DNA of 64,000 nucleotides from positions 21,328,001 to 21,392,000 of the forward strand of contig OZ024751.1 of NCBI GenBank assembly GCA_964016885.1, in the 5' to 3' direction. How positions within the stretch are numbered: position 1 is the stretch's first letter; each line of letters starts with the position of its first letter. The DNA is from Eledone cirrhosa (Eukaryota). Below, in pieces: positions 41,534 through 55,762 of this stretch. A model generated the notes under the pieces. The model was not told the DNA's origin and did not search any database. It worked only from the letters and a program-made list of their open reading frames with translations. Made by a program: the position numbers and the translations under genes.

Positions 41534-42932
41534 AATACATAAATAAAGAACTAAAGAAAGTAATAAAGGAAATATGAAACGGAAAGCTATCTTGCATTAT
41601 GGAATGGAGAATATTAAATACAACTTTCCTTTTGTAAACTAATCTCATAATTTCGATACATTATTTCAAGACAAAACATTTGAAAACAACAGTAACGTTT
41701 GCATGTATAAATGTACTTTGTGAAACATAAATCTTTCAATAGATGTCAGACCTCCCAACCTCCATAGCATGCCTGTGTACTTTTAAACAAAAGAAATCTA
41801 GATGTGAGAATGTCGGATAGAGTGCTTTATCCTAATCAATTCCGGCTTCCTGCTCTATGTGTTCAAATGCCACCGAAGTCAACTTTGTCTTTCACCATTT
41901 CGAGGTCTATAAAAAAAAGTACCAGTCAAGTACTGGTGTCGATTTATCCTTTATATCCCATTCTCGTTTCCTTTCTCTCACTTTCTCTATATCTTTTTCT
42001 GGAAGAAATCTGTTGTATTTAGACCTGTATAGGTAGATATACGAGATATATCTACCTATACATGGAAGAAAATATGAAAGAGAGAGAAAGAGAGAGAGAG
42101 AGAGAGCCAGCAATTATTCCAGTGCATTACTGGTACTTTATTTTATCGACCTCGTAAGGATGAAAGGCAAAGTTAACCTTGGAGGGATTTGAACTCAGAT
42201 CATTAAGGGACGTAACTCCATGCTGCAAAGCATGGCGTCCGACCCTCTACCGATACTGCAATAATGATAATTGCTTCTAAATTAGACACATGGTCAGTCA
42301 TTATATCGGCCTCAATATATGACTGGTACTTCATCTTATCGACTCAGGAAGGATTGAAAAGCAAAGCTAACATCGGCGAGGTTTAAACACTGAATATAAA
42401 ACCATTTTGTTTGACGCTCTTCAGATTCTGGTGATCTACTGCTTTTCAACAGTATCATCGTCATCAGCAGCAACAGCATTAACAACTGGACGAGAAAAAG
42501 TGAGAGGGGGTGGGGTGAGGAAAAGACGGAGGAGGGGGAGAAGAAGAAGAAGAAGAAGAAGAAGAAGAAGAAGAAGAAGAAGAAGAAGAAGAAGAAGAAG
42601 AAGAAGAAGAAGAAGAAGAAGAAGAAGAAGAAGAATGAGGATAATAAAAAAAAAAATTTAATTACAAAAAAAATAAATGTATCTGTTAAAGAAGAAACAA
42701 ATACGTAAAAATAAAAAAAGCGAATTTTATCAAAACATTTTATCTGATTGAATAAAATATTTTGTGATTTGCAGTTTGTATAAGTTGGTACATAACATAA
42801 TTCCTGTAAGCTGTGACTGTCTTCTGACAATTAACTTTAGAAATGGGTAGAGGTGAAATGTACTCTTTAGAAATGCAAGAGTGTATGGAAGGAAGGGAGG
42901 GAAGTGAGGAAGGAAGGAAGGGATTATGGGAG

Positions 42933-42987
<55 letters not shown>

Positions 42988-43055
42988 GAAATAGATCAGG
43001 GGGAAAGTGAGGAAATGTAGAGTGAGTGAGTCAGTGAGTACATAAAGGGAGAGAA

Positions 43056-43104
<49 letters not shown>

Positions 43105-43171
43105 TGAGAGATAAAAAGGAGAGTCAGAGAGAAAAGTGTATGTGTGAGTGTGTGTGAGTGTGTCTGTATGT

Positions 43172-43209
<38 letters not shown>

Positions 43210-43297
43210 TGCTCTATATACAGGTAAACGTCACGACTATCCTCACAATTTTCATCATAACCATCATCACCATCAACATCCTCATCTTCAACATCAT

Positions 43298-43331
<34 letters not shown>

Positions 43332-43393
43332 GCCATCATCACTACTGCCATCCCCACCACCACTCTCGTCGCCATCAACATCCTCATCCTCAA

Positions 43394-43441
<48 letters not shown>

Positions 43442-44133
43442 GACCATCATCATCATAAAAGAGATAGAAAGCGAGAGATAACTGTTTCTACTTTAGGCAC
43501 AAGGCTAGCAATTATCCCAGTGTATTACTGGTACTTTATTTTATCGACCCCCGTAAGGAGGATGAAAGGCAAAGTTAACCTCGGCGGGATTTGAACTGAG
43601 AATGGCAAGGGCCGTAACTCTATGCTAGAAAGCATGGCGTCCGACGCTCTACCGATTCTGCCAATCCACAGACAGATAATGTGTGAACATGAGAAGGGGG
43701 GGGAAAGGGGCTTGTTGTCGAAAAGATGTTTGATATATCGCATTTGGCCATCAATTCTCCCCCCACAGCCACACACACTGTCACAATTACACACACACAC
43801 ACACATACAATCTCCCCACCACGCACACACACAGTCTCCCCACTACATACACACGCAATCTCCCCCACTACCACCAACATCACGCACTCTTCATTAATGA
43901 GAAATAGTCTAATTAAATACCTGTGATGGCATTAGCTTTGTTGAGAAACGCAACTAAACTAACTTCTATTCCTGCTAAAATTCCCTTAACCATTCAAAAG
44001 ACTCTACGGTATACACTAATAAAATTAATAATAATATTGCTAATAATAATAATTATATTAGTAATAATAGTGGGGGGGGGGAGGCACATATTTGTACACG
44101 TATGTATTCATATGTACAGGCACCTATATATGC

Positions 44134-44164
<31 letters not shown>

Positions 44165-44214
44165 TGTATGTATGTATGTTTGTATACATGTATATTTATG
44201 TACATGTATGTATG

Positions 44215-44260
<46 letters not shown>

Positions 44261-44342
44261 ATATATATATGGATGTATATATATATATATGTATATATAT
44301 GTATGCATGTATATATATATATGTATGTATATATATATATAT

Positions 44343-44404
<62 letters not shown>

Positions 44405-44425
44405 TTATATATACACACACATACA

Positions 44426-44460
<35 letters not shown>

Positions 44461-44508
44461 TTATATATACACACACATACATGCATATATATATATATAT
44501 ATATATGA

Positions 44509-44585
<77 letters not shown>

Positions 44586-45042
44586 CAATCGTTTCGATAA
44601 CGGTAGCTGGTAGTAATGGAAGGTAATGGCTGTGATGACGGTAATGGCGGCAATGGTGACGTTACTATTGCTGTCGCTGTCGCTGATGGGGATGGGAAGG
44701 TTTGTGTATTATGGTATGTGGTTATAGTTCTGGTGTTTGTTGTAGTTATACCACTGTAATAAAAGAATGCAATAGTTACAAAAGTAAATGAAATTACTAT
44801 ATTTTCTCTTTATTTTCTTTTGTGTGTGTTTTTATTTGTGTTCTTCTTTGTTCTATTTCTCTTTATAAGACATCGACAAAAATGCAAATGGTGGAAGATG
44901 AACATAAAATACTGGGTTATTTCTTCCTAGTTCTCTTTCGTCTTTTTATTTTTATTTGATTCTTTAGGGTTTTTGTTATGGCATTTTATTGTTGTTGTTA
45001 TTGTTATTATTATCATTGTTGTGATTATTATTTAATTTTATT

Positions 45043-45092
<50 letters not shown>

Positions 45093-45181
45093 AGCATTTT
45101 TCTTTTTGTGTTGTGTGTGTGTGTCTTTTTTTTTGTATGTTTGACATGCTATTATTGTTATTTGTATATATATGTTACATT

Positions 45182-45239
<58 letters not shown>

Positions 45240-46080
45240 AATGTGTGTGAGTGTGTGCATATGCGTGAAGTTGTATGCGTGTGAATGTGTGTGTGTGTGT
45301 GTGTGAGTGAGTGAGTGCGTGCGTGTATATGTGTGTGAATGTTGTGTGTGAATATGTCTATATGTATGTATATATTTGAATGTGTGATTGTATGTGTATG
45401 AATATATTACAGTTCTGTGTGTGTGTACGAGTGTCTGTGTGAGTGTGTGTATACATTTGAGTGTGTGATTGAATGTGTATGAATGTGTATGTGTGTGAAT
45501 GTGCGTGTGTATATATATTTGATTGTGTGATTGTATGTGTTTGAATGTATATGTATGTGTGTAATTGTATGTGTATGAATTTGAATGTGTATATATGTAT
45601 ATGTATGTGTGTAATTGTATGTGTGTGAATTTGAATGTGTATATATGTATATGTATGTGTGTAATTGTATGTGTGTGAATTTGAATGTGTATATATGTAT
45701 ATGTATGTGTGTAATTGTATGTGTGTGAATGTGTATGTGTGTATCTGTGTAATTGTATGTGGGTGAGTGTGTGTATGTGTTTAATATTATGTATGTGAAT
45801 GTCTATGTGTGTGAATGTCGATGTGTGTGAATGTCTATGTGTGTGAATGTGTATGTGCGTGTATATATATTTGATTGTGTGATTGAATGATTGTATGTGT
45901 CTGAATGTGTGTATATGTATGTGTGTATATGTATGTGTGTATATGTATGTGTGTATATGTATGTGTGTATATGTATGTGTGTATATGTATGTGTGTAAAT
46001 GTATGTATGTGTGTGTAAATAGAAGCGAGGAGTTTCTTTTCGCTTGCTTCCTTTCTTTTAAGAAGAAAAAAAGAAAAGAA

Positions 46081-46154
<74 letters not shown>

Positions 46155-46449
46155 CAATAACAACTAATATAAATGGAACTAAATAGCATACATAAATATA
46201 TGTGTGCATATGTGCAAAATACGTGTATGTAAATTATATCTATTTCTATATAAGTAAATATATATGCGTGTGTGTGTGTGTGTGTGTGCAAAATATGTGT
46301 ATATAAATTATGGTTGTATATATACAAATATGTGTGTGTATGTAAATTGTGTTTATATATATATGTGTGTGTGTGTGTGTGTCTGTGTATGTAAAATATG
46401 TTTGTATATGTATGTGTGTATGTGTGTGTGTTTATGTAAATTATGTTTG

Positions 46450-46511
<62 letters not shown>

Positions 46512-46532
46512 TATGTGTGTGTGTGTGCGCGC

Positions 46533-46572
<40 letters not shown>

Positions 46573-46773
46573 ATGTGTGTGTGTGTGTGTGCGCGCGTAT
46601 GTGTGTGTGTGTGTGTGTGTAAATATGCACGTGTGTTGCAATGGCTTCAATATCAGCCAGAATAAACATTGAACAAAAAATATAATCAAAGTCTTCAATC
46701 ATAAAACATATTTTCTAAGAAGAATAATACCCCTACTGGCGTTCCTGTTGTCAACAGGATGTATATATGTATA

Positions 46774-46845
<72 letters not shown>

Positions 46846-46860
46846 CATATATATATATAC

Positions 46861-46936
<76 letters not shown>

Positions 46937-46943
46937 GTATATA

Positions 46944-47012
<69 letters not shown>

Positions 47013-47127
47013 GTATATATATGTATGTATGTATATATATGTAAATACATATAAATATACACACAGACAAACACACACATGCACATAAATATTATATATA
47101 TATTTATTCATATATATATTTATTTAT

Positions 47128-47172
<45 letters not shown>

Positions 47173-48151
47173 TAAACACCATATACCTTTTAAATTAGAC
47201 AATGCCTAAATCACAAGGTTAAAGAAAATCATACAAAGGGATAAAAGAAAAAAATAGGAAAAGTAAACCAAGCAGGAAAAAATAATAAAAAAGGGGGTTT
47301 GGTGTGGTTTATGGGAGAAGTTTGTTGAAGAAAGAGGTAAGGAACTGAAATATGGACACCTAGCTATGTTGTTAAGAAGTTCGACAAGTAACCATTGACT
47401 TACTCCAGCTAAACTTTCTTTACCTTTTCCAGTCCTCTAGAAAATGAATCAACTACCAACCCATTCTTAATGACCAGCCATTGCATGCAAGCCTAGCTTT
47501 ATTAATTGGGGCTATATCCATATAATTTGGGAGAGTTGACATCGGGCAACTATGGTTGTTTTCTTCCTTTGCTATTTTCATTTTTTCTGAAAGGTTTTAA
47601 ACATTGCAGAACATAATATTTAGCCGTTTTGATACCAAACCAACCCAAACCACCCATCGGTCATATGATACAAACCTACTTATTTTTAAATGCTTACAGT
47701 TCTCTAAACATCTTTCATCAAAATTATGTGTCAGTTATTCCCCAAACACCAACTACTTAATGACTAATTTATTTGTATTACTAAAACGCTCAGTGGAGGC
47801 ACGAATGTATTTAGCTTACGCGTTGTGGTCTTGAGCAAGACACTTTATTTCACACTACTCTTGACAACCTTGTCACATTCTGTGTTACTCCGAATCTCCC
47901 TGAGAACTACGTTAATGATACTCGTGTCTGTTGAATGCTCAGCCACATGCGCGTTAATTTCACGACCAGACTGTTCTGTTTATTGCTTCAACTGAAACAC
48001 TCGTCGTTGTAACCGACGGAGCGCCTCTGCTGCACTATATTCGGGGAAAACAAATAAAAAAGGAATGGCTGGTCACAGCTGGAGTGGCTTTCGTCATAGG
48101 TTTATTCACTACTTGATCAGGCTTGACAATAACATCTACTACAATAATAAT

Positions 48152-48920
48152 AGTTTCTTATATAGGCACAAGGCCAGCAATTTTTTTAAGGGGGGAGGGG
48201 GGTCGATTACATCGACCCCAGTGTATTACTGGTACTTTTATTTTATCGACCCCGTAAGGATGAAAGGCAAAGTTAACTTCCGCGGGATTTGAACTCAGAT
48301 CATAAAGAGCCGTAACTCTATGCTGCAAAGCATGGTGTCCTACTCTCTACCGATACTGCCAATCTACCACCCTTCTACTACAATAATTGTTTCTACTTTA
48401 GGCACAAGGCCAGCAATTACCCAGTTCATTACTGGTACTTTATTTTATCGACCCCGTAAGGATGAAAAGCAAAGTCAACCTCGGCGGGATTTGAAATCAG
48501 ATCGTAAAGGGACATAGCTATGCGGATAAGCATGGCGTCCGAACCTCTACAATGGTTTCTTATATAGGCACAAGGCCAGCAATTTTGGGTGGGGGGAAAT
48601 TCGATTAAGTCGACCCCAGTGCGTGACTGGTACTTTATTTTATCGACCCCGTAAGGATGAAAGGCAAAGTTAACCTTGGCGGGATTTGAACTCTTTGCTG
48701 CAAAGCATCGCGTCCGGCCCTCTACCGATACTGCCAATCTACCACCCCTTCTACTACAATAATAATTGTTTCTACGTTTGGCACAAGGCCAGCAAATTAC
48801 CCAGTGCATTACTGGTACTTTATTTTATCGATTTGAACTCAGAATGGAAAAGGCCGTAACTCTATATGTCAAAGCATGGCGTCCGACTCTCTACCGATAC
48901 TGCAAATCCACCACCCTCAA
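48152..48920 (-). mobile_element. SINE family 1, array of four copies
   Basis: Units begin at about 48152, 48388, 48554 and 48765, alternating long and short variants. Confidence 0.85.
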
Positions 48921-49905
48921 TTATTCTACTACAATAATAATAACGGTATAACTATTACGTTAACAACATAAGACCACAACAAAAAAAAACTACACGAGAG
49001 AAAATAACAGTTTCTTGAGATTTTTTCATTTGTAAGACCAATTCTTTTATTGTTTATTGCTGTTGTTGTTATATTTTCTTGGTGGGTGTGGAGAGTGTTT
49101 TTCGCAGCAAACTTTTTATTGGTTCTAGTAGTAAAATAACCATTATTGAGAACTCGCATGTAGCGTGGTTTATCGTTCACAAATGCAAACATATCAATAT
49201 TTTAAAAGAAAAAAAAGAAATAATAAGGAAAGGGAAAAAAAAGATATCGTATCATATTTCGTTCAAACCATTAGAGATTACCTTGCCAACGTATTCACAG
49301 CTGAGCACAACGATTGGCTTTTTGTTGTTTTTAATGGATTTCAAAAATGGCTGACAAGATTCCCCGGTGCAACACCATTTTTAGATTACAGAGTATTGGA
49401 GCATTTGTTTGAAAATTATTCCAAGAACACAATTTCAAGCGAAAGGCTAAAGGGAGTGTATGATAATTTGATTACATCAGAATGCTTTCCTTTAAACATT
49501 GATCATAGTACCTACTAAGCGTATAAAACCAATTTATAGAAGCTGAAAGTTGAAATATGCAATATTTCGATGTGATGACTAATGAAAACTATTCCAATTG
49601 TATTTTCTATAGTTCTTGGCCCTTTTATTATAGAGATACATTGATCTTACTCTTACACAGTAACTGTTTCATCTTTGTATTGTTTTTCAATCTCTGAATA
49701 GTGTACGGCATATATAGGGTGTATGTATGTATGTGTGTATGTATGTATGTGTGTATGTATGTATGTGTGTATGTATGTATGTATGTGTGTGGGTGGATGT
49801 GTATTTGTTTGTCTTTCTTTAAAACAAGCTTACGTTTTCATCTCAGATATAATTGAAAAACAACAACGAATATATATATGTGTGTGTGAGGGTGTTTATG
49901 TGTGT

Positions 49906-49951
<46 letters not shown>

Positions 49952-51502
49952 ACATTCCACAAACCCACACACGAACAAACACAAATACATACACAGTAGA
50001 AAAATAATATTTATATACATACACATATTTTCAAAAAAATATACACACTGATAAAATTGCTTCAAAATAGAATAAATATGTACATGTTTACACACACACG
50101 CGCACACACACACACACACACATACACACATACACACACACACACACGCACCAATACACACACACATACACACGCACGCACACGCACACACACACACACA
50201 CACACATACATACGCAAACACAATTCAAAACATACACACAATACACAACACGCCCATATACTCAAACACAAATACAAACATACACACGCACACACAAATA
50301 CAAACACATACTCAAACGCAATACACAACACAAATGCAAACACGCACAGATAAAACACACATACTCAAACACAATACACAACACACACACACAGAGACAC
50401 ACATGAATACAAACACACATACTCAAACACAACACAACACACACACACAACCACATATGAATACACACATACTCAAACACAGCACACAACACACACACAG
50501 GCACACATGAATACAAACACACATACACAACACACACACACACACAGACACACATGAATACAAACACACATACTCAAACACAACACACAGGCACACATGA
50601 ATACAAACACACATACTCAAACGCAATACACACATATCAAACACAACACACAACACACACACACACAGACACACATGGATACAAACACACATAACTCAAA
50701 CAATACACACATATCAAACACAATACACAACACACACACAAGAATGCAAACACACATACTCAAACGCAATACACACGCACAGTCACAATACACAACACAC
50801 ACACACTCATTCACACGAAAAAGCCATACAACGCAAGGCGAAGTAACTGCGATGTGTTAATCGAGAGAGAAACAGATGCAGCCAAGGGAAATAACTCATG
50901 TGCGTAGTTTATCAGCTTTTTCAGTATCTAAGTAAGAATGAGGATAATATATGAAGATGGAAAATAGCACAAAACATTATGTATGATAAAATATCGTAAT
51001 GGCTGTGAATGGACAGAAATTTGGTTAAGTATTAAAATTTCACACAGCTTCTATCTCCTCCTCCCACTCCTCTTCCTGCTTCTCCTCTTCCTCCGACTCA
51101 CTCATTTTTTTTCTAGATCTGGGCTTTGGATTACGTCATTGTAAAGAAGAGATAAAAGAGTGGTGGTGGGAGGGAATGACACACACCAAGGCGAGCAAGG
51201 AAGGAGGAGGAGGAGGAGGAGGGGGAGAAGGAAGAGGTGAAGGAGGAAGAGGAAGGGGAGGGGGGAGGTAAAATGGACAAGTCGGGATAAAGAGGGAAGT
51301 GTAGAAGGAGAAAGTATAAAAGATAGATCGATACATAGTGAGAAGGGAAGGGGGTGAAAGAGAGAGAGAGAGAGAGGGGGGATAGAGAAGTGGGAGGAAA
51401 TAAATTGTTGTTTGCCCGGGTAAAAGGGTTAATGCACTTTTGAAGAAAACATAAATTGACTTTATTCGATTATTGCTTCTTTCTTTCTGTATATATATTT
51501 AT

Positions 51503-51562
<60 letters not shown>

Positions 51563-51587
51563 GAATATATAGAAATTATTGTGAGCA

Positions 51588-51635
<48 letters not shown>

Positions 51636-51782
51636 ATTTATACACATATATATGTTTATGTTTATGCGTGTGTATCTGTGTGTGTGTATGTATACACACA
51701 CATATATATATATATATATGTATTTATGTTTATGTATGTGTGTGTGTATGTATGTATAATTTGTGTATGTGTTATATATATG

Positions 51783-51990
51783 AAGGCGCGAGGCGGAGTG
51801 GCTAGAGAATTGGATTCGCAATCGTAAGGTTGTGAGTTCGATTCCCGGACCGGGTGATGCGTTATGTCCTTGGACAAGACACTTTATTTCACGTTGCTCC
51901 TTGTACCTGGAGTTGCGACCGATAGATAGTATTAGCAATTGGAAAGACCAATGGAAACATTGTTCCCTCGGTCCGATTTGACGAAAGTCG
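51783..51990 (+). mobile_element. CORE-like SINE family 2
   Basis: gagttcgattcccggacc...tatgtccttggacaagacactttatttcacgttgctcc. Confidence 0.7.
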
Positions 51991-51998
51991 ATCGACTG

Positions 51999-52050
<52 letters not shown>

Positions 52051-52052
<2 letters not shown>

Positions 52053-52249
52053 AACGAGTAGGACCCCGACGGCTGAGCTCAAGCCGTTTCAACGGCTAAT
52101 TCTGGATTTTAGTCCAGAATTAGCCGTTGAAACGGCCTGAGCTCAGCCGTCGGGATCCTACTCGTTCCTATTACCCACTCTACTACCCTAAGTATTGAGT
52201 ACTTTGGTGCGTTATGGTTCATCTGGTTCCTTACCACATTTCCTTCGTT
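52051..52249 (+). mobile_element. Family A fold-back element
   Basis: Hairpin plus tail. Both arms share the same variant (gtttcaacgg / ccgttgaaac). Confidence 0.85.
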
Positions 52250-52260
52250 ATATATATATA

Positions 52261-52518
<258 letters not shown>

Positions 52519-52853
52519 AACAAACAAGACAAACACAGGGAATAACAAAGTCTTATTAGTTTTACGCATGGCCTAATGGTTTGGATACTTGACGTACGAT
52601 CGTTTATGTCGTCGTTTCGATTCCTGGACCAGCTGCTGCGTTGTGTTCTTGAGCAAAACACTTTATTTCACGTTGGTCCAGTGAACTCAGTTGAGAGTGA
52701 GTACCAGCAGTATCTGGGAAGTTAAATCCTGCGATAGACCGGCGTCCTATCCAGGGAGAGTCTTGTACTCTCATGCGCTTAACTCCAAAGAGACCGGGGA
52801 TAAGCGCAAGCCTGATGAACCTTCAGTTTAGAACAGCCATTAACTAAGTATAC

Positions 52854-52951
<98 letters not shown>

Positions 52952-52957
52952 ATATAT

Positions 52958-53252
<295 letters not shown>

Positions 53253-53528
53253 ATGTATGTATAATTGGTGCTGGATGCTTAAAGCGTCCATATGCGGTAG
53301 GCCGTTTGGGCACTCGATGCTCTCATAGAGGAGACTAGGGAAAAGCAGCTTCGTAGAATCAAGACGTATCTGAGGACCTTGCGATTTTCGGAGTCAGGTT
53401 CGATCATCACATCGATCGTGCCTCGAGCTGGTTGCCAGAGAAACGATTGTAATATGTCCAATAGAATTCCATTCGTCGCAACACTGATTCTCTTTTTTCT
53501 GTGATATATATATATATATATATATATA

Positions 53529-53715
53529 GGAAAAGAGTCAGGACCCCGACGGCTGAGCTCCGGCCGTTTAGACAGCTAGATCCGAACTAAGCTACCACCA
53601 GATTCCTGCCGTTCTAATATAGGTGGCATGGTTCGGATCTAGCTCTACTACCCTAAGTATTGAGTAATCTGATGCGTTATGGTCCGTTATGGTATCATAC
53701 CACACCCTCTTTGTA
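53529..53715 (+). mobile_element. Family A subfamily B, with long imperfect central stem and a deletion in the right arm
   Basis: gacagctagatccgaacta agctacc...ggtggca tggttcggatctagct, followed directly by the tail ctactaccctaagtattgagt. Confidence 0.75.
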
Positions 53716-53732
53716 ATATATATATATATATA

Positions 53733-53937
53733 GGAGAAAGTATGACCCCGACGGCAGAGCTCAAGCAGTTTCGACGGCTATTTCTGGACTAAAGATTTAG
53801 TCCAGAAATAGCCGTCGAAACGGCTTGAGCTCTGCCGTCGGGGTCATACTTTCTCCTATTACCCACTCTACTACCCTAAGTATTGAGTACTCTCGTGCGT
53901 TATTGTCCATCTGGTTCCTTACCACAACTCCTTCATT
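53733..53937 (+). mobile_element. Family A fold-back element
   Basis: Hairpin centred on ggactaaa-ga-tttagtcc, plus tail. Flanked by (TA)n. Confidence 0.85.
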
Positions 53938-54069
53938 ATATATATATATATATATATATATAAAGGAAAATGCGTAATTCAGTTTAGATGTTAAAGGGTC
54001 CTTTATTGACAAAGCTGTGATACATATTTTAATGACGATCTTGGCAACGTGATTGTCAATCTAGATGTA

Positions 54070-54489
54070 TCAATGAATATAGCTAAGATGTTCTAATCCC
54101 TTATTAGATGATATTCTCATATGATCACAAATTCCATAAATTCTTCAATACACACAATGTCAAGGTTAGCTACGCCTGTCAAGATTGTTTCCATTACGGA
54201 AAGCTATACCAAACAATACGCAGCCGTAAACACACCAAACTGTAATTCCTGAAAACCTACTTATTGTCCTCTGAGTAAATACTGCCTCTCAAAGACTATG
54301 ATCTACAGAGCAACACTCGCAACACCAGATACATTCAGGAGTAGATTTACCCAACATACGCACTCATTTGGATGTAGGAACAGAGAAGATCGCATCCGAG
54401 GCTCCGTGATAAACTTTACTTCCGCCAGAAATAACACATACTGCAACAAGATGCGATATCCATCAGCAGAAAAATTATATTATAAGTAA
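54070..54489 (+). pseudogene. Decayed PLE ORF: RT thumb/linker, Cys-rich motif and GIY-YIG start
   Basis: Broken frames read NIAKMF*SLI..DHKFHKFFNTHNVKVSYAC and NCNS*KPTYCPLSKYCLSKTMIYRATL..TFRSRFTQHTHSF. This matches the PLE pattern KIFNRxxVKVSYSC...CNCxxxxxCPLxxxCL..VYxAT..FKxRxxxHxxSF. Confidence 0.75.
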
Positions 54490-54688
54490 TATAATGTCAA
54501 AACAAACAAACAACACACACACATATGTGTGTGTGTATATATATATATAAATGTGTGTGTGTGTGTGTGTGTTTGTGTATACACATACATATATATATAA
54601 TATACATATATACATATGTGTGTGTATGTGTGGGTGTGTGGGTGTGTGTGGGTGTGTGTGTATGTAGATATAGATCTGTTTATGTTTA

Positions 54689-54728
<40 letters not shown>

Positions 54729-54829
54729 TAAACATACACACATATATATTTCGATGTCTCTCTCTATATATATATATTTATTTATATATATATATATATG
54801 CATAAACACACATATATATTTCTATATCT

Positions 54830-54913
<84 letters not shown>

Positions 54914-55178
54914 TATATTTATATATATATATATATTAGCTACCTTAGTAATCAGTAAATTAGTTTTTAACCTGATTATCGATGCAACACCTAAGATATG
55001 TCCATGAATGCGTCTCTGCACAAGTAGATGAATGTGTGCATGTGTGTATGTCACTGTATTGAAGCATGTGGTCGGTGTATATGAATGAGTGTGTATGCGA
55101 CAGTATTAACCTATATGGTCGCTATATATGGTTATGTGTGTATGCGACTGTATTTATATATGTGTATTTATGGCTACA

Positions 55179-55259
<81 letters not shown>

Positions 55260-55360
55260 TGAACAGAATGTTAGAATTGTGGTGTAGCTTAGCTGAGTGT
55301 CTATACTACATACATTTTAGAAAACACGCATGTTCATATAAAAATACCTTACACAATTGA

Positions 55361-55401
<41 letters not shown>

Positions 55402-55432
55402 TTATTTAATGTAGTGTAACAATATATATATA

Positions 55433-55484
<52 letters not shown>

Positions 55485-55762
55485 TATAATATATATATAT
55501 GTGCATACATAATACATACATAATACAGACATACATACATACATGCATGCATACATATATATGCACTTATATACACTGGCTTTATCATAAACATATGCAC
55601 GCACACACACACACACACCCACCCACACACACACACACTAACACACAGACACACACATTCACACACACACACACAATAAATTACTTCTGCAACATTTGTC
55701 TCCTTTGTTCATCCATCTTTGTGTCTCTTACTTTTCACATCATCACTTCTAACTTGATTAAA

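Noticed and set aside
49165-49518. 117-aa non-repetitive plus-strand ORF
   Set aside because: No recognisable motif, a purine-rich upstream region with no good acceptor, and a length attainable by chance.
51414-51432. piggyBac-like end (aaagggTTAA)
   Set aside because: No matching opposite end found.
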